From contig CBDVDR010000013.1 of NCBI GenBank assembly GCA_965372795.1, positions 37,145-101,144 of the forward strand: a stretch of 64,000 nt of DNA, in the 5' to 3' direction. Below the pieces are notes generated by a model that was not told the DNA's origin, did not search any database, and saw only the letters and a list, made by a program, of their open reading frames with translations. This DNA is from an uncultured bacterium. Lineage in GTDB: Bacteria > Zixibacteria > MSB-5A5 > GN15 > FEB-12. The position numbers were made by a program, and so were the translations under genes. Positions 9,945-19,676 of this stretch are shown here, in pieces (within the stretch, counting starts at the first letter, position 1; every line of letters begins with the position of its first letter).

Positions 9945-11996
9945 TTATCTTTTCTTAACTCTTTTCCGAACGGGAGCCTTTTTCACGGTATTAAATTTCA
10001 CTCCCATGGAAGTCAACTTCATTTTTTGAACTTGCTCTGGTTTCATTCCCAAAACCTTATAGAGCTCCTCAGATCTCAATGAAAGCATATCTTTGCGAGT
10101 GATTAATTTAGCATCTTTCCTAAAGTGCCTTGCTAATTTTGGAAGTACACTTCTGGGGACCTCTCGGGAGACCGACTCATCGAGGATTTCACGACCCTTT
10201 TTAAATTGTACCATCTTTAATTCCAATTGCCTGGCAAAGAATTCAGTATCTTCAAACTTTTGAAGTTTCACATTCGGATTATTTAGGCTCTTGATTGTTT
10301 CAATTTTAATGTAATCACTCAATTCATTTGCTTTAAGAATTGTGTATTTACCTGATTTAATTTCATTAGCCATCTTTTCTTTATCACAACATTCTTTACG
10401 CTGCTCATCCTTAAGCATTCGAGTGTCAGCCTTCTTACCTGATTCCTTCTCAGCCATCGTAAATGATTCAAAAGCTTTGGCACTTTTTGCAATAGTATTC
10501 GTAACTCTTAATTCAATAGGAATGGGTTTAATCTCTACTATAAACTCATCCATAGGGATAGTTAAAATCCTTGATTCACAACAGCACAAACCACGTGTCG
10601 TTATCATTAATGCTTCTTCTTCCCCTATCTGTTTGGTAGGCGTAATTGATACTAAATTCACCTGAACTTGTCTGCGGGCATTTCCAGAACGCTTCTGCCA
10701 TTCATCCGGACAATCAACACATCCAAATGTATCTTCATAACAAATCTTACCATTTGCCTCAGCATGGATAGTCAACGTTTGTCGATTGGGCGATATTGTA
10801 ACATTGGAACTTCCATGAGTACTGCTATTTACCAAATTATTATAACTTTCAATACTATAACCGGTTGGGGCAGTATATACTTTATCATCTTCATCATGAG
10901 TTAAATAACATTGATAATACATATCCCAACAACCACCGAAACAGGCTTCTCCCCATTTTTCTCGATTACCCAAAGTATCTTTCTTAGTCGGAATTGGTGC
11001 CGTTGCAGATGCCAACTCTGTGATATCTGATCTTCTGTCGTAATCCATTATAGGGGTCTTGGTCAAATGACTGGTATCCAATCTCAACGATACACAGAAT
11101 TCCTTCTGCCCTTTTGGCTGGGCTACAACCATAAAAAATTCCTGCATACCTTCAACAGGTCTTGGACCTCTAACAAAACCAGATGGCTCCTCAAGTGTAT
11201 GTGGTCTCGGTTGTATAAAAAAGACGACTCTATTTGTACCTAAATGATAACTATCCAATAGATGGTACATTTGTGAAAGTTGTGTAGAAAACGAAAAACT
11301 CTCTCTCTTTTCTTGACCAACATCTGATGAACGAGATGTCATGCTTTCTTCGGCGTTTAATCTTTTAGTACCCCATTGGCCTTGTGATGAACTCGAAAAA
11401 TTAAAGCCTCCTCCAGTTCCGGCATAAGAAGCTTCTGCACCAAAACCAACACTACTACCCATATCGACATCTAATACTTCCATTGATTGGGTTGAACCAC
11501 TGGACTTTGTAATGTTCAATGATTCCATAGAACGCGATTGCTTCTCATGAGTATCAGTTGCTAATTCATACAACTCCCTTTTCTTAGGCTCAAAATCCAT
11601 AAAGAATGGATAATCCTTCAGAGGTAATCGAGGATTTCTCTCATTTGGTCCAACCACAACCTGTAAAATTGCTCCATGACATGGATTGTAGGAATTCAGC
11701 AGGTCAGTTAGTCCGGCGATTGTGGCTATGTTTACACCATTCCAGTTTATTTTACCTTGTATTTCCTTATCAAGTGGTTGATAACCGGTAATTGTTGCAG
11801 TTACCTTCAAATATGTAATATCATAGTCTGGGAATAGTTGAAACTCATCTTCGGGACGATACTTAAAAACAGCAAGTGAGGTTTGCCACTTTGCAGGCAA
11901 ACGCTTATCACAAACCACTCTGTCAATCATATCCTCGGTTACACAAATTCGTTTCCAAGGAATATCTGTCGGGAGGTTCAATTTAAAACAAGACAT
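9945..11996 (-). CDS. Hypothetical Cys-rich protein, possible beta-pore-forming component
   Basis: Strong RBS (AAGGAG). Ser/Thr/Gly-rich alternating segment SSVGFGAEASYAGTGGGFNFSSSS, several Cys clusters, Lys/Arg tail. Confidence 0.45.
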   Translation of the reverse strand: MSCFKLNLPTDIPWKRICVTEDMIDRVVCDKRLPAKWQTSLAVFKYRPEDEFQLFPDYDITYLKVTATITGYQPLDKEIQGKINWNGVNIATIAGLTDLLNSYNPCHGAILQVVVGPNERNPRLPLKDYPFFMDFEPKKRELYELATDTHEKQSRSMESLNITKSSGSTQSMEVLDVDMGSSVGFGAEASYAGTGGGFNFSSSSQGQWGTKRLNAEESMTSRSSDVGQEKRESFSFSTQLSQMYHLLDSYHLGTNRVVFFIQPRPHTLEEPSGFVRGPRPVEGMQEFFMVVAQPKGQKEFCVSLRLDTSHLTKTPIMDYDRRSDITELASATAPIPTKKDTLGNREKWGEACFGGCWDMYYQCYLTHDEDDKVYTAPTGYSIESYNNLVNSSTHGSSNVTISPNRQTLTIHAEANGKICYEDTFGCVDCPDEWQKRSGNARRQVQVNLVSITPTKQIGEEEALMITTRGLCCCESRILTIPMDEFIVEIKPIPIELRVTNTIAKSAKAFESFTMAEKESGKKADTRMLKDEQRKECCDKEKMANEIKSGKYTILKANELSDYIKIETIKSLNNPNVKLQKFEDTEFFARQLELKMVQFKKGREILDESVSREVPRSVLPKLARHFRKDAKLITRKDMLSLRSEELYKVLGMKPEQVQKMKLTSMGVKFNTVKKAPVRKRVKKR

Positions 11997-12585
11997 ACTC
12001 TCTCCTTAATTATTAAAAATGACTCAATTTTAAAGCAGACCTATATTTCTCTTTTAGAATTAACTTCCTAATTAGAAGTTAATTCTAAAATACGGCGCAT
12101 AATTATTCTTTGATTTCGGATGCGTTAGTGCTGATGAAAAGTATAAATTAATAATTAATTAAAGATAATATCTTTAATTTTTCAGTTGTCTATATTGTTG
12201 ATATTTATTTATAATACGTCAAATTATAGATAAATAATATACTATTACATTTATGTACGCAAGCACTTTTTTTAAAAATCTCATTTGTCCATGAAAATAT
12301 ATATTATTACAATCATATTTTTTCTTAATTGTACCAGGTTAGGATGGAATAAAGTAAGCATCAGTTCTATTTAGAATGATAATTTTGATTAGTCATCGCA
12401 TAGTTGCTCAATCTAATAAACCCGAATTCTTATGATAGTAATAAAGTTTGAATTCTCCGCAAAAAAAAATAGCGTTTTAGTTTCGACATGAGATAATATA
12501 TGAATCTTTTGTCAATGATATAAATAATAAAATGGCTGATCACAGGGATTCCGTCATACTATAATTGCTTTGATAAATATCGATA

Positions 12586-12810
12586 TTCCGTGGGCGGCAG
12601 ACGCCCTCGTCTGCCCCTTTCTATCTATCCCATTAACCATTAATGATCCTTATCAATTTTAAGCAACCCATTTCCTGTTGTCAACTAATCAAAAGTACTT
12701 GAAATTGCACCGTGGGAATTCATACTCACCGTGACGAAGTTTCTCAAATCCATATTTCTAATAAAATATCTCCCCGCTGTCCGAAGGAATAAAACATACG
12801 AAGTATGCGG
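12586..12810. repeat. Conserved cassette end A, copy 1 (~225 bp)
   Basis: Colinear near-copy of 14980-15203, from REP-like GTGGGCGGCAGACG hairpin to catacgaagtatgcgg. Confidence 0.9.
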
Positions 12811-12902
12811 GTTACTTGGGATACATATCGAACCAACATAGTTGGATATATCTCATAAAAAAACTGTATCTTAATTATGCCGCCAGGTCAAGCCATTTAT
12901 AA

Positions 12903-12926
12903 TGGCGGAGAGGCAGGGATTCGAAC
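12903..12926 (-). repeat. tRNA-Ser 3' fragment with CCA (att-like core)
   Basis: Minus strand GTTCGAATCCCTGCCTCTCCGCCA, identical to the tRNA T-loop/acceptor end plus CCA. Confidence 0.9.
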
Positions 12927-13084
12927 GGTGGTATATTGGATAACTTATTGAATAGCATAATATTACCCGTAATGCAATGGGCTTCAAAATGTTAAGTAGA
13001 GTTAAGTTGCGTTAAGTTCGATCAAGTTGAGTTAACTTCAGTGAAGTAGATTGTTAGAAAATTGTTAGAAAAAGTGTATGTCAA
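12927..13084. repeat. Conserved cassette end B, copy 2
   Basis: IHF-like TAACTTATTGAAT, six phased 10-bp units (12991-13050), two TTGTTAGAAAA units, AGTGTATGTCAA. Confidence 0.8.
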
Positions 13085-13315
13085 AACAAATATATTTTAT
13101 CAATAATGAATCTTTCTAATAAATATATTTCACAATAATGTGATCGCTCCCTACCTATTGAAATTTGTTTAGCAATTACACCAAATAATAGAAAAAAACT
13201 CTAAGAATCGACTTTATAATAAAATTAATAAAACATTTAAATTATCAAGTATTATAATTGTATGGATTATCTAATTACAAAAATTGAATCTGTTGAGCTA
13301 AGATTTAAAATTCTT

Positions 13316-14863
13316 TTAACTCGCCCGTTTATTATCCCACCACTCGGACCACTCTTTCGCCGATTGAAATTGCTCACCAGTTTCATGTGTCAGAGCTTTT
13401 TTTGCGTATATAACTTCTTCTGGTCTACCCACCCATAGCAAATTAATCAAATTTCCTAATACAAGTTCTCTTCGGTTCCAATATAAATAATTACGATACC
13501 AGTTCATACGTTCTTCCAATGACAGTGTTGTGTCATGTTGAGCAATAATTCCTAGTGCATTAGCAAGTAAAGATTCATGCAAAAGACTCGATTGTAAATC
13601 TGTCGTTTCCATATTATTTATAAGTCTCTTCCATAGAGCTAATGACTGAATATCATTTACAAAATCTATTTGAGAAGTATCCAACCACTTTTGCCAATAT
13701 TGTAATTTAGAATATACATAAACGGAATCGATGTCTCGATGAACATCTATTGGTAGACCAGATACAATTGTAAGATACCTCATAATAGTATTCTTGAATT
13801 GACGATGAAAATCGTTATCGAATGCTGCGAGCCTTATTAAACTCGATATCATTAATTCTGTTGTTGTAAGCGACCATGTTTTATTAAGAGAAGTTTGAGA
13901 GCTTGAAGTCGGTTTATGCCAAATTGAGGCATCAGTAGACATTAATCTTTGAATTATTGAATCTCTTCCGGATTTCAATAATAAGTTGTCAATAGCCACA
14001 GGAAAACTATCGCTTTGGCAAAGCTCAAACAATCCGGGAACCATATCTACTGTTGCTTGTTGAATTCGGAATAAATTATTATTTGGCTTACAATATTCAT
14101 CAAGATAGTGGGCAAGATAGTAGCCATAGTCCTGTCGTAGCATTCCTCGCTTTAGTATTTGAGTGGTTTGAAGATGTGCACTTCCATAATATACAAGAAC
14201 TTTAAAATTCAACTCAGATTCCAATAGATGAATTATTTGTTGAGAAGAGTATTTATCTCGTTCATTGAAAAAATAATCATCACGTTTACTCAATGTCCAA
14301 TCATCGATATCTATTAACTTTTCGGCCCCTTTAATTTCAAAAAAAACACTATCTTCAAGCTTAATATCCCTATTAAGCTTATCTACGCGAAGTTTAATAG
14401 ATTCTAAATCATGGTAAAATTTGATAACTTCCACTGTAAATTGCGGTGAAAGAAATTGTCCAAGTCCAACCAAGTCTTCAATTTTTTTTGTTTTCCAGAA
14501 TTGTTTTACCCTATGCACCTGTACAGAATCCATTTCAAGTACTAATACAAGACGTTTGGGGATTGAGGTCTCTTGTTTTTGCTGTCCTAAAGAATCGACC
14601 CAAGCGTTCAAAAACTTTACTACAGGTCGCATATATTTTGAGCTTCCATGCTGACTATCTCCAAGCATGACAATACGATTTTCAACAACCTTCTCTAAGA
14701 TGAAATCACTAACTTTATAATTACAATATTCGACTGAAATAGATTCTACTTGTGGTTTATCTCCTTCACTCAAATCACATGATACAACCACGAACAGAAG
14801 TAATGCCATGATTATATTTCGGATTTTTAAGCATTTATTACTTATTGAAATCATATTAATCAT
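13316..14863 (-). CDS. Lipoprotein, EreA/ChaN/TIKI-superfamily-like domain
   Basis: Lipobox-like VVSC, IVMLGDSQHG and VLVYYGSAHL motifs. Confidence 0.5.
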   Translation of the reverse strand: MINMISISNKCLKIRNIIMALLLFVVVSCDLSEGDKPQVESISVEYCNYKVSDFILEKVVENRIVMLGDSQHGSSKYMRPVVKFLNAWVDSLGQQKQETSIPKRLVLVLEMDSVQVHRVKQFWKTKKIEDLVGLGQFLSPQFTVEVIKFYHDLESIKLRVDKLNRDIKLEDSVFFEIKGAEKLIDIDDWTLSKRDDYFFNERDKYSSQQIIHLLESELNFKVLVYYGSAHLQTTQILKRGMLRQDYGYYLAHYLDEYCKPNNNLFRIQQATVDMVPGLFELCQSDSFPVAIDNLLLKSGRDSIIQRLMSTDASIWHKPTSSSQTSLNKTWSLTTTELMISSLIRLAAFDNDFHRQFKNTIMRYLTIVSGLPIDVHRDIDSVYVYSKLQYWQKWLDTSQIDFVNDIQSLALWKRLINNMETTDLQSSLLHESLLANALGIIAQHDTTLSLEERMNWYRNYLYWNRRELVLGNLINLLWVGRPEEVIYAKKALTHETGEQFQSAKEWSEWWDNKRAS

Positions 14864-14979
14864 CTCTATAGGATTTATTCATAGAATTATCCATGTCGTC
14901 AATTTCCTTCAACGCTTTATGGCACATATAAGTAATTCCTCTATAATCAGGCAATTTAATTGCCTGTCTTAGGAGGGTT

Positions 14980-15203
14980 TTCCGTGGGCGGCAGACGCCC
15001 TCGTCTGCCCCTTTTTATCTATCCCATCAAACATTCATAATCCTTATAATTTTAATCAACCCATTTCCAGATGTCAACTAATCTAAAGCACTTGAAATTT
15101 AACCGTGGGAATTCATACACACCGTGACGAAATTTCTCAAATCCATATTTCTAATAAAACATCTCCCCGCTGTCCGAAGGAACAAACCATACTATGTATG
15201 CGG
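14980..15203. repeat. Conserved cassette end A, copy 2
   Basis: Near-copy of 12586-12810. Confidence 0.9.
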
Positions 15204-15218
15204 AGAGGCAGGGATTCG
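15188..15218 (-). repeat. tRNA-Ser 3' fragment plus flank (proximal copy)
   Basis: catactatgtatgcggagaggcagggattcg duplicates 15278-15308. Confidence 0.9.
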
Positions 15219-15289
15219 CAGGCATAGCCTGTTTGATATAATTATCATCTTAAATATGTATTAAAGTTTATATCAAACATACGAAGTAT

Positions 15290-15375
<86 letters not shown>

Positions 15376-15450
15376 GTAAAATTTATTAAATCGAGAAACC
15401 AAACTCTCGGCTGGTTAATTTAGGAAAATCAGTCTGTTTGTAAAGAACAA

Positions 15451-15972
15451 TTAATCTCTCAAAAATTCGCCTTTTTTCATAAGGGCTTTTTGTATATCAA
15501 TCAGTTTTCTGACAATACCTAAACGAGGTCGGACAACCTGAAAAACAAGGAATGAAAAGAATACCAAAAAGACTGTTTCCTGAAACCGCGCCGTTAAATA
15601 AAAATACAAAAACCCATAAGCAGCGATAGCTACAATGATCAGGAAAATCGGTTTCGAAGCTTTCAAAAGTCCTTCGGCTAAATCCTGTTCCATCGTTTCC
15701 ACCCGGCGCACCATCGGATGGGCAAAGTTTTTACTTTTTTGCCATAGAGCATAACCGGCTTGAAGCAAACTCAGAATCGCAAAGACTATAAACAAGCTGT
15801 TGGAAAAATCGCCGACCCGGTTTTCCATCCAACTATTTTGATCAGCATAATAACAAAGCATTATCCCCGCCATCGGAATCAGAATATTGACAAACATCCC
15901 GAAGTAAAGGCTTTTGATAATGATTCGGTTATAATCAACATTATTATCTTCATGAAGTAGACTCATCTTCAT
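15451..15972 (-). CDS. Hypothetical 4-TM membrane protein
   Basis: Four hydrophobic segments, in operon with tadA. Confidence 0.65.
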   Translation of the reverse strand: MKMSLLHEDNNVDYNRIIIKSLYFGMFVNILIPMAGIMLCYYADQNSWMENRVGDFSNSLFIVFAILSLLQAGYALWQKSKNFAHPMVRRVETMEQDLAEGLLKASKPIFLIIVAIAAYGFLYFYLTARFQETVFLVFFSFLVFQVVRPRLGIVRKLIDIQKALMKKGEFLRD

Positions 15973-16414
15973 TCACTTTCTCTAAAAATTGTTTATACTT
16001 AGCCTCACTGGGCCAATGAACAAAGGTCCAGACGATGCCAATCGGGTAGAAAAACAGGGTTCTGGCAAAATCGCCGGTTATAAAATATACTGTTAAACCT
16101 AAAACATAAATTGCATTTACTAATGCAAACTTAACTATTGATATACCAAAATTAATTTTTTCAGGTTCAGTGGTAATCTGTTTATTTTTATACATATGAA
16201 TTTGATTTCGTTCTATCAGAAATCCGAATAATGGAAGCACCATCGAAACGAAAAAGATAATATAAAAAAGAATATGAGTTTCTCCCCCATCACGCAGGGG
16301 AACATCCACAAAAAACATTGCAATCAAATATGTTACAGGAGACAAAATTAAAAAAGGATAGACTAAAAATTTAATCATCCTAAAACTCTGTTCTTTTGAT
16401 AACATCATTTTCAT
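15950..16414 (-). CDS. Hypothetical 4-TM membrane protein
   Basis: Four hydrophobic segments, stop/start overlap with tadA. Confidence 0.65.
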   Translation of the reverse strand: MKMMLSKEQSFRMIKFLVYPFLILSPVTYLIAMFFVDVPLRDGGETHILFYIIFFVSMVLPLFGFLIERNQIHMYKNKQITTEPEKINFGISIVKFALVNAIYVLGLTVYFITGDFARTLFFYPIGIVWTFVHWPSEAKYKQFLEKVNEDESTS

Positions 16415-16890
16415 TAATTAATCTGCTCCTTCCTTTGCCGAACCTGTTTAAAAAAGAGTTTCATCAAATCGGCAATCTCGGTTTCCAAAATACCGTTAAC
16501 AACTTCAATCTGATGATTTGTCTTTTTCTCTTTTGGAATATTGAAGATTGATCCGCAGGCGCCGAATTTTGGATCTTTAGCACCGTAGATAATCGTTTTT
16601 ATCCGCGATAACATCGCCGCTCCGGCACACATCGCACACGGCTCCAAAGTCGATACCAGGATACAATTCTCAAGCCGCCAATCACCAACATAATTATAAG
16701 CCGCCGTCAGAGCTATTATTTCGGCGTGAGCCGTAGCATCTTTTAAAGTTTCGGTCTGATTATAGCCTTTGCCGATAATTTTGTTATCAAAAACAACCAC
16801 AGCACCAACCGGAACTTCATCCTGCTGGAAAGCTTTGCCAGCCTCTTTGAGGGCTTCCTGCATATAGGTTATATACTTATCTGGTGTCAT
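16414..16890 (-). CDS. tadA: tRNA adenosine(34) deaminase
   Basis: EVPVGAV, AHAE and TLEPCAMC motifs. Confidence 0.93.
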   Translation of the reverse strand: MTPDKYITYMQEALKEAGKAFQQDEVPVGAVVVFDNKIIGKGYNQTETLKDATAHAEIIALTAAYNYVGDWRLENCILVSTLEPCAMCAGAAMLSRIKTIIYGAKDPKFGACGSIFNIPKEKKTNHQIEVVNGILETEIADLMKLFFKQVRQRKEQIN

Positions 16891-16958
16891 GGATAGAATA
16901 TAGAACAGAAATAGAGCTAAGACAATTTGTTTTATTGCCCTGAAAAAACAACTTTTAT

Positions 16959-18098
16959 CTACTTCAACAGCCGGCTGATAATTTCATCCGCCTGATTTAA
17001 GCCGTCATCGGAAAGTCGAAGTCTCCCTTTATCGGGGATCAAGTGACCCGATTCGATAAAAATATCATACTGTTTTCGATCAAACAGTTCTTTAATCGGA
17101 ATATTGAATTTGGCTTTAAAATCCCGTCGGTTGATTCCCTTGACAGTTCTTATTGCCATTACAAAAGCATCGATGCTCAGGACCTTTGAGTCAGACTGGT
17201 CATGTTCATGGGCCAATTGGTTATTACTTAATTTATTAATATACGTGTTTAGATCCTGCGGATTAAACCAGCGTTGCATCCTGATAAATGAATGAGCCGC
17301 CAACCCCAACCCTAAGTAATTCCCGCTTTGCCAGTAATTCATATTATGCCGACCCTCTAAATTATCCTTGGCAAAGGATGAAATTTCATACCGACTATAT
17401 CCGGCTTCACTAAGACGGTCAACGGCGCCTCTATAAATAGCATACATTAAGTCAGTTTCGGGGGAAGCAATTTTATTATTTTGAACATCTTCACCGAATG
17501 AAGTTTCTTTTTCGGCAGTTAATTCATAATACGAAATATGTTTTGGTTCCAACGCCAGAAGCTCCTCGATATCCGAAGCTGCTTTTTTTGCGGTTTGACT
17601 GGGTAACCCAAAAAGAATATCGAGCGCAATATTTTCAATATTAAACAAATTCGCATAATAAACCGCCCGATGAACATCATCGATAGAATGTTTTCTGCCG
17701 AGCAATTTTAAATAGCGGGCATCAAATGTCTGCACGCCGATTACAACTCGGTTGACCCCAAGTTCAGCCAAAGCTTCCATTTTGTCAGCATCTATATCTT
17801 CAGGATTACATTCAATCGAAAATTCTACATTTTTAGAAATTGAGAAATTATTTCGTAATTGATTTATTGTTCCTTGAAGTAATTTATCAGTTGCCGTTGA
17901 AGGCGTTCCCCCGCCGATATATATTGTTGAAACTTCACTGTCTGATAAATCAAATTTCTCAGCTGTCAGTTTGATTTCATTATTGAGAGCTTCAAAATAT
18001 TTTTTCTCAAGTTCATTATTGAAAAGTTGTTTTGAGTAATCGCAATAAGAACAGATATGATTACAAAAAGGATAGTGAAGATAAATTGATAGAGCCAT
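16959..18098 (-). CDS. hemW: Radical SAM heme chaperone HemW (HemN-like)
   Basis: YLHYPFCNHICSYCD, YIGGGTPS, YEISSF, HNMNYW. Confidence 0.88.
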   Translation of the reverse strand: MALSIYLHYPFCNHICSYCDYSKQLFNNELEKKYFEALNNEIKLTAEKFDLSDSEVSTIYIGGGTPSTATDKLLQGTINQLRNNFSISKNVEFSIECNPEDIDADKMEALAELGVNRVVIGVQTFDARYLKLLGRKHSIDDVHRAVYYANLFNIENIALDILFGLPSQTAKKAASDIEELLALEPKHISYYELTAEKETSFGEDVQNNKIASPETDLMYAIYRGAVDRLSEAGYSRYEISSFAKDNLEGRHNMNYWQSGNYLGLGLAAHSFIRMQRWFNPQDLNTYINKLSNNQLAHEHDQSDSKVLSIDAFVMAIRTVKGINRRDFKAKFNIPIKELFDRKQYDIFIESGHLIPDKGRLRLSDDGLNQADEIISRLLK

Positions 18099-18102
18099 TA
18101 TT

Positions 18103-18828
18103 TTATAGGGCGGTACCGAGTCTATCCCAGCGAACTTGAGTCGGGAAATTAATCAACCCGTACCCTATCCATTGGACAGCATCGATAACATATGGAAACC
18201 CCCATTCGGGAGTATCAGGATCCGGAGCCCAGGACCAATAGGTAAATACGGCTTTACCCCTAATATTATCAAACGGTACTGTTCCCCAAAATCGGCTGTC
18301 ACGACTGTCGTCACGATTATCGCCCATCACAAAGTATTCACTTTCCATAACGGTATAAGGTCCGAAATTATCTCTAAAAGAAAGATCACCGGGGATAATT
18401 CTCTTATCGATATGTTTTGAATGAATCGGTATCGAGGCAACCTCACCATCAATATACACGACCTTATCAGCAATTTGAACTGTCTGGCCAGGGAGAGCAA
18501 TAACTCGTTTGATAAAATCTTTAGTAGGATTATTCGGGTACTTGAAGACAATAATATCTCCGGGCTTTGGTTCATTTTCAAACTCATAAGCGAGTTTATT
18601 AACGAAAATGTAATCACCTTCATATAAGGAGCCTTCCATTGAACCGGAATTCACCTTATAAGCCGATACCACAAAAAATCTTAATAAGATTGCTGCTACC
18701 AGAGCAACAATTGCAGTTTCGAGATACTCCCGCCAGAGCGGTTTCATTTCTCTTTTGTTGAGTACTTTGCGGGCTTCACGTGAAGTTTCAGCTCGCTTGA
18801 CATCCTGTATTAAAAAATCCTGATCCAT
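18103..18828 (-). CDS. lepB: Signal peptidase I
   Basis: SGSM, FIKRVIALPG, GDNRDDSRDSRFWG. Confidence 0.95.
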   Translation of the reverse strand: MDQDFLIQDVKRAETSREARKVLNKREMKPLWREYLETAIVALVAAILLRFFVVSAYKVNSGSMEGSLYEGDYIFVNKLAYEFENEPKPGDIIVFKYPNNPTKDFIKRVIALPGQTVQIADKVVYIDGEVASIPIHSKHIDKRIIPGDLSFRDNFGPYTVMESEYFVMGDNRDDSRDSRFWGTVPFDNIRGKAVFTYWSWAPDPDTPEWGFPYVIDAVQWIGYGLINFPTQVRWDRLGTAL

Positions 18829-19025
18829 ATATTTAAAAGTATCGGTTTCTCCCCATAAATCTTTAAAAACTTTCTTTATGAGGCGTTAATTAATTTAAAT
18901 ATAGGTTTATAACCGTACCCCAGTCAAGAATCAGCCTGAAGAATTATTAACTCGCTCGCTTCCATTAACTTAGGAGCGAGGCTATAACTGATTGTATCTT
19001 TTATTGTTCTTTACTATAATTATCT

Positions 19026-19676
19026 ATGACAGAAAATCCAAAAATTGAAAAAATTAGTAAAAATTATAAGGGTATTACAATTCAAATTTCCGGTTTTGAG
19101 GAACCGCTTATCGTTTCTCAGGATACAATTATCCGACATAAACTGGTTAATGAAATTATCTTAACCCCTTCTCAGATTGAAATATTAAAAGAGGAATCGG
19201 AATTTTACCTGTGCAATCAACAGACAGCGCGATTGCTTGGTATGAGATCCCATTCAGTAGGCGAAATACGCCAAAAGCTTAAAATTAGAAAATTCAGTTC
19301 AGATACTATAAAAAAAATAATCAAAAAATATACAAATCAGGGTGTTCTTGATGATACCCAATATGCTTATCAACTGGCAAAAAATATTCTCGAAAGAAAA
19401 CCATGCGGAAAACCGTATTTGGTGGCTCATCTTCAGAGAAAACAAATTGACCGGATGATTGCTGAAAATGTTGTTGAAACCGTCCTTAACGATCATAACC
19501 AGATCGACCTGGCAATTGCCTCGCTTGGGAAAAAGTGGTTGTCGTTCAGTAAGTTTGAACTTGAAACAGCCCGCAAAAAATCTTATAATTACTTATCCCG
19601 TCGAGGTTTTAGTTATGGTATCGCCCGGGAAGCCTTTGAAAATTTAAATAGTACAAATAAGGAATTTGATCATTAA
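19026..19676 (+). CDS. recX: Regulatory protein RecX
   Basis: RSHSVGEIRQKL, LDDTQYA, YLSRRGFS. Upstream of alaS. Confidence 0.85.
   Translation: MTENPKIEKISKNYKGITIQISGFEEPLIVSQDTIIRHKLVNEIILTPSQIEILKEESEFYLCNQQTARLLGMRSHSVGEIRQKLKIRKFSSDTIKKIIKKYTNQGVLDDTQYAYQLAKNILERKPCGKPYLVAHLQRKQIDRMIAENVVETVLNDHNQIDLAIASLGKKWLSFSKFELETARKKSYNYLSRRGFSYGIAREAFENLNSTNKEFDH

Larger units (their letters stand above)
3147..12810 (-). mobile_element. Integrase-less islet 1 at tRNA-Ser (Rhs toxin operon cargo)
   Basis: Bounded by tRNA-3'/flank copies and conserved A and B ends. No recombinase ORF inside. Confidence 0.65.
12903..15218 (-). mobile_element. Integrase-less islet 2 at tRNA-Ser (single lipoprotein cargo)
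   Basis: Same A-cargo-B layout between tRNA 3' fragments as islet 1. Confidence 0.65.

Noticed and set aside
12000..13315. Integrase or transposase remnant
   Set aside because: No ORF or recognisable recombinase motif seen; a translated homology search would be needed to exclude a decayed copy.
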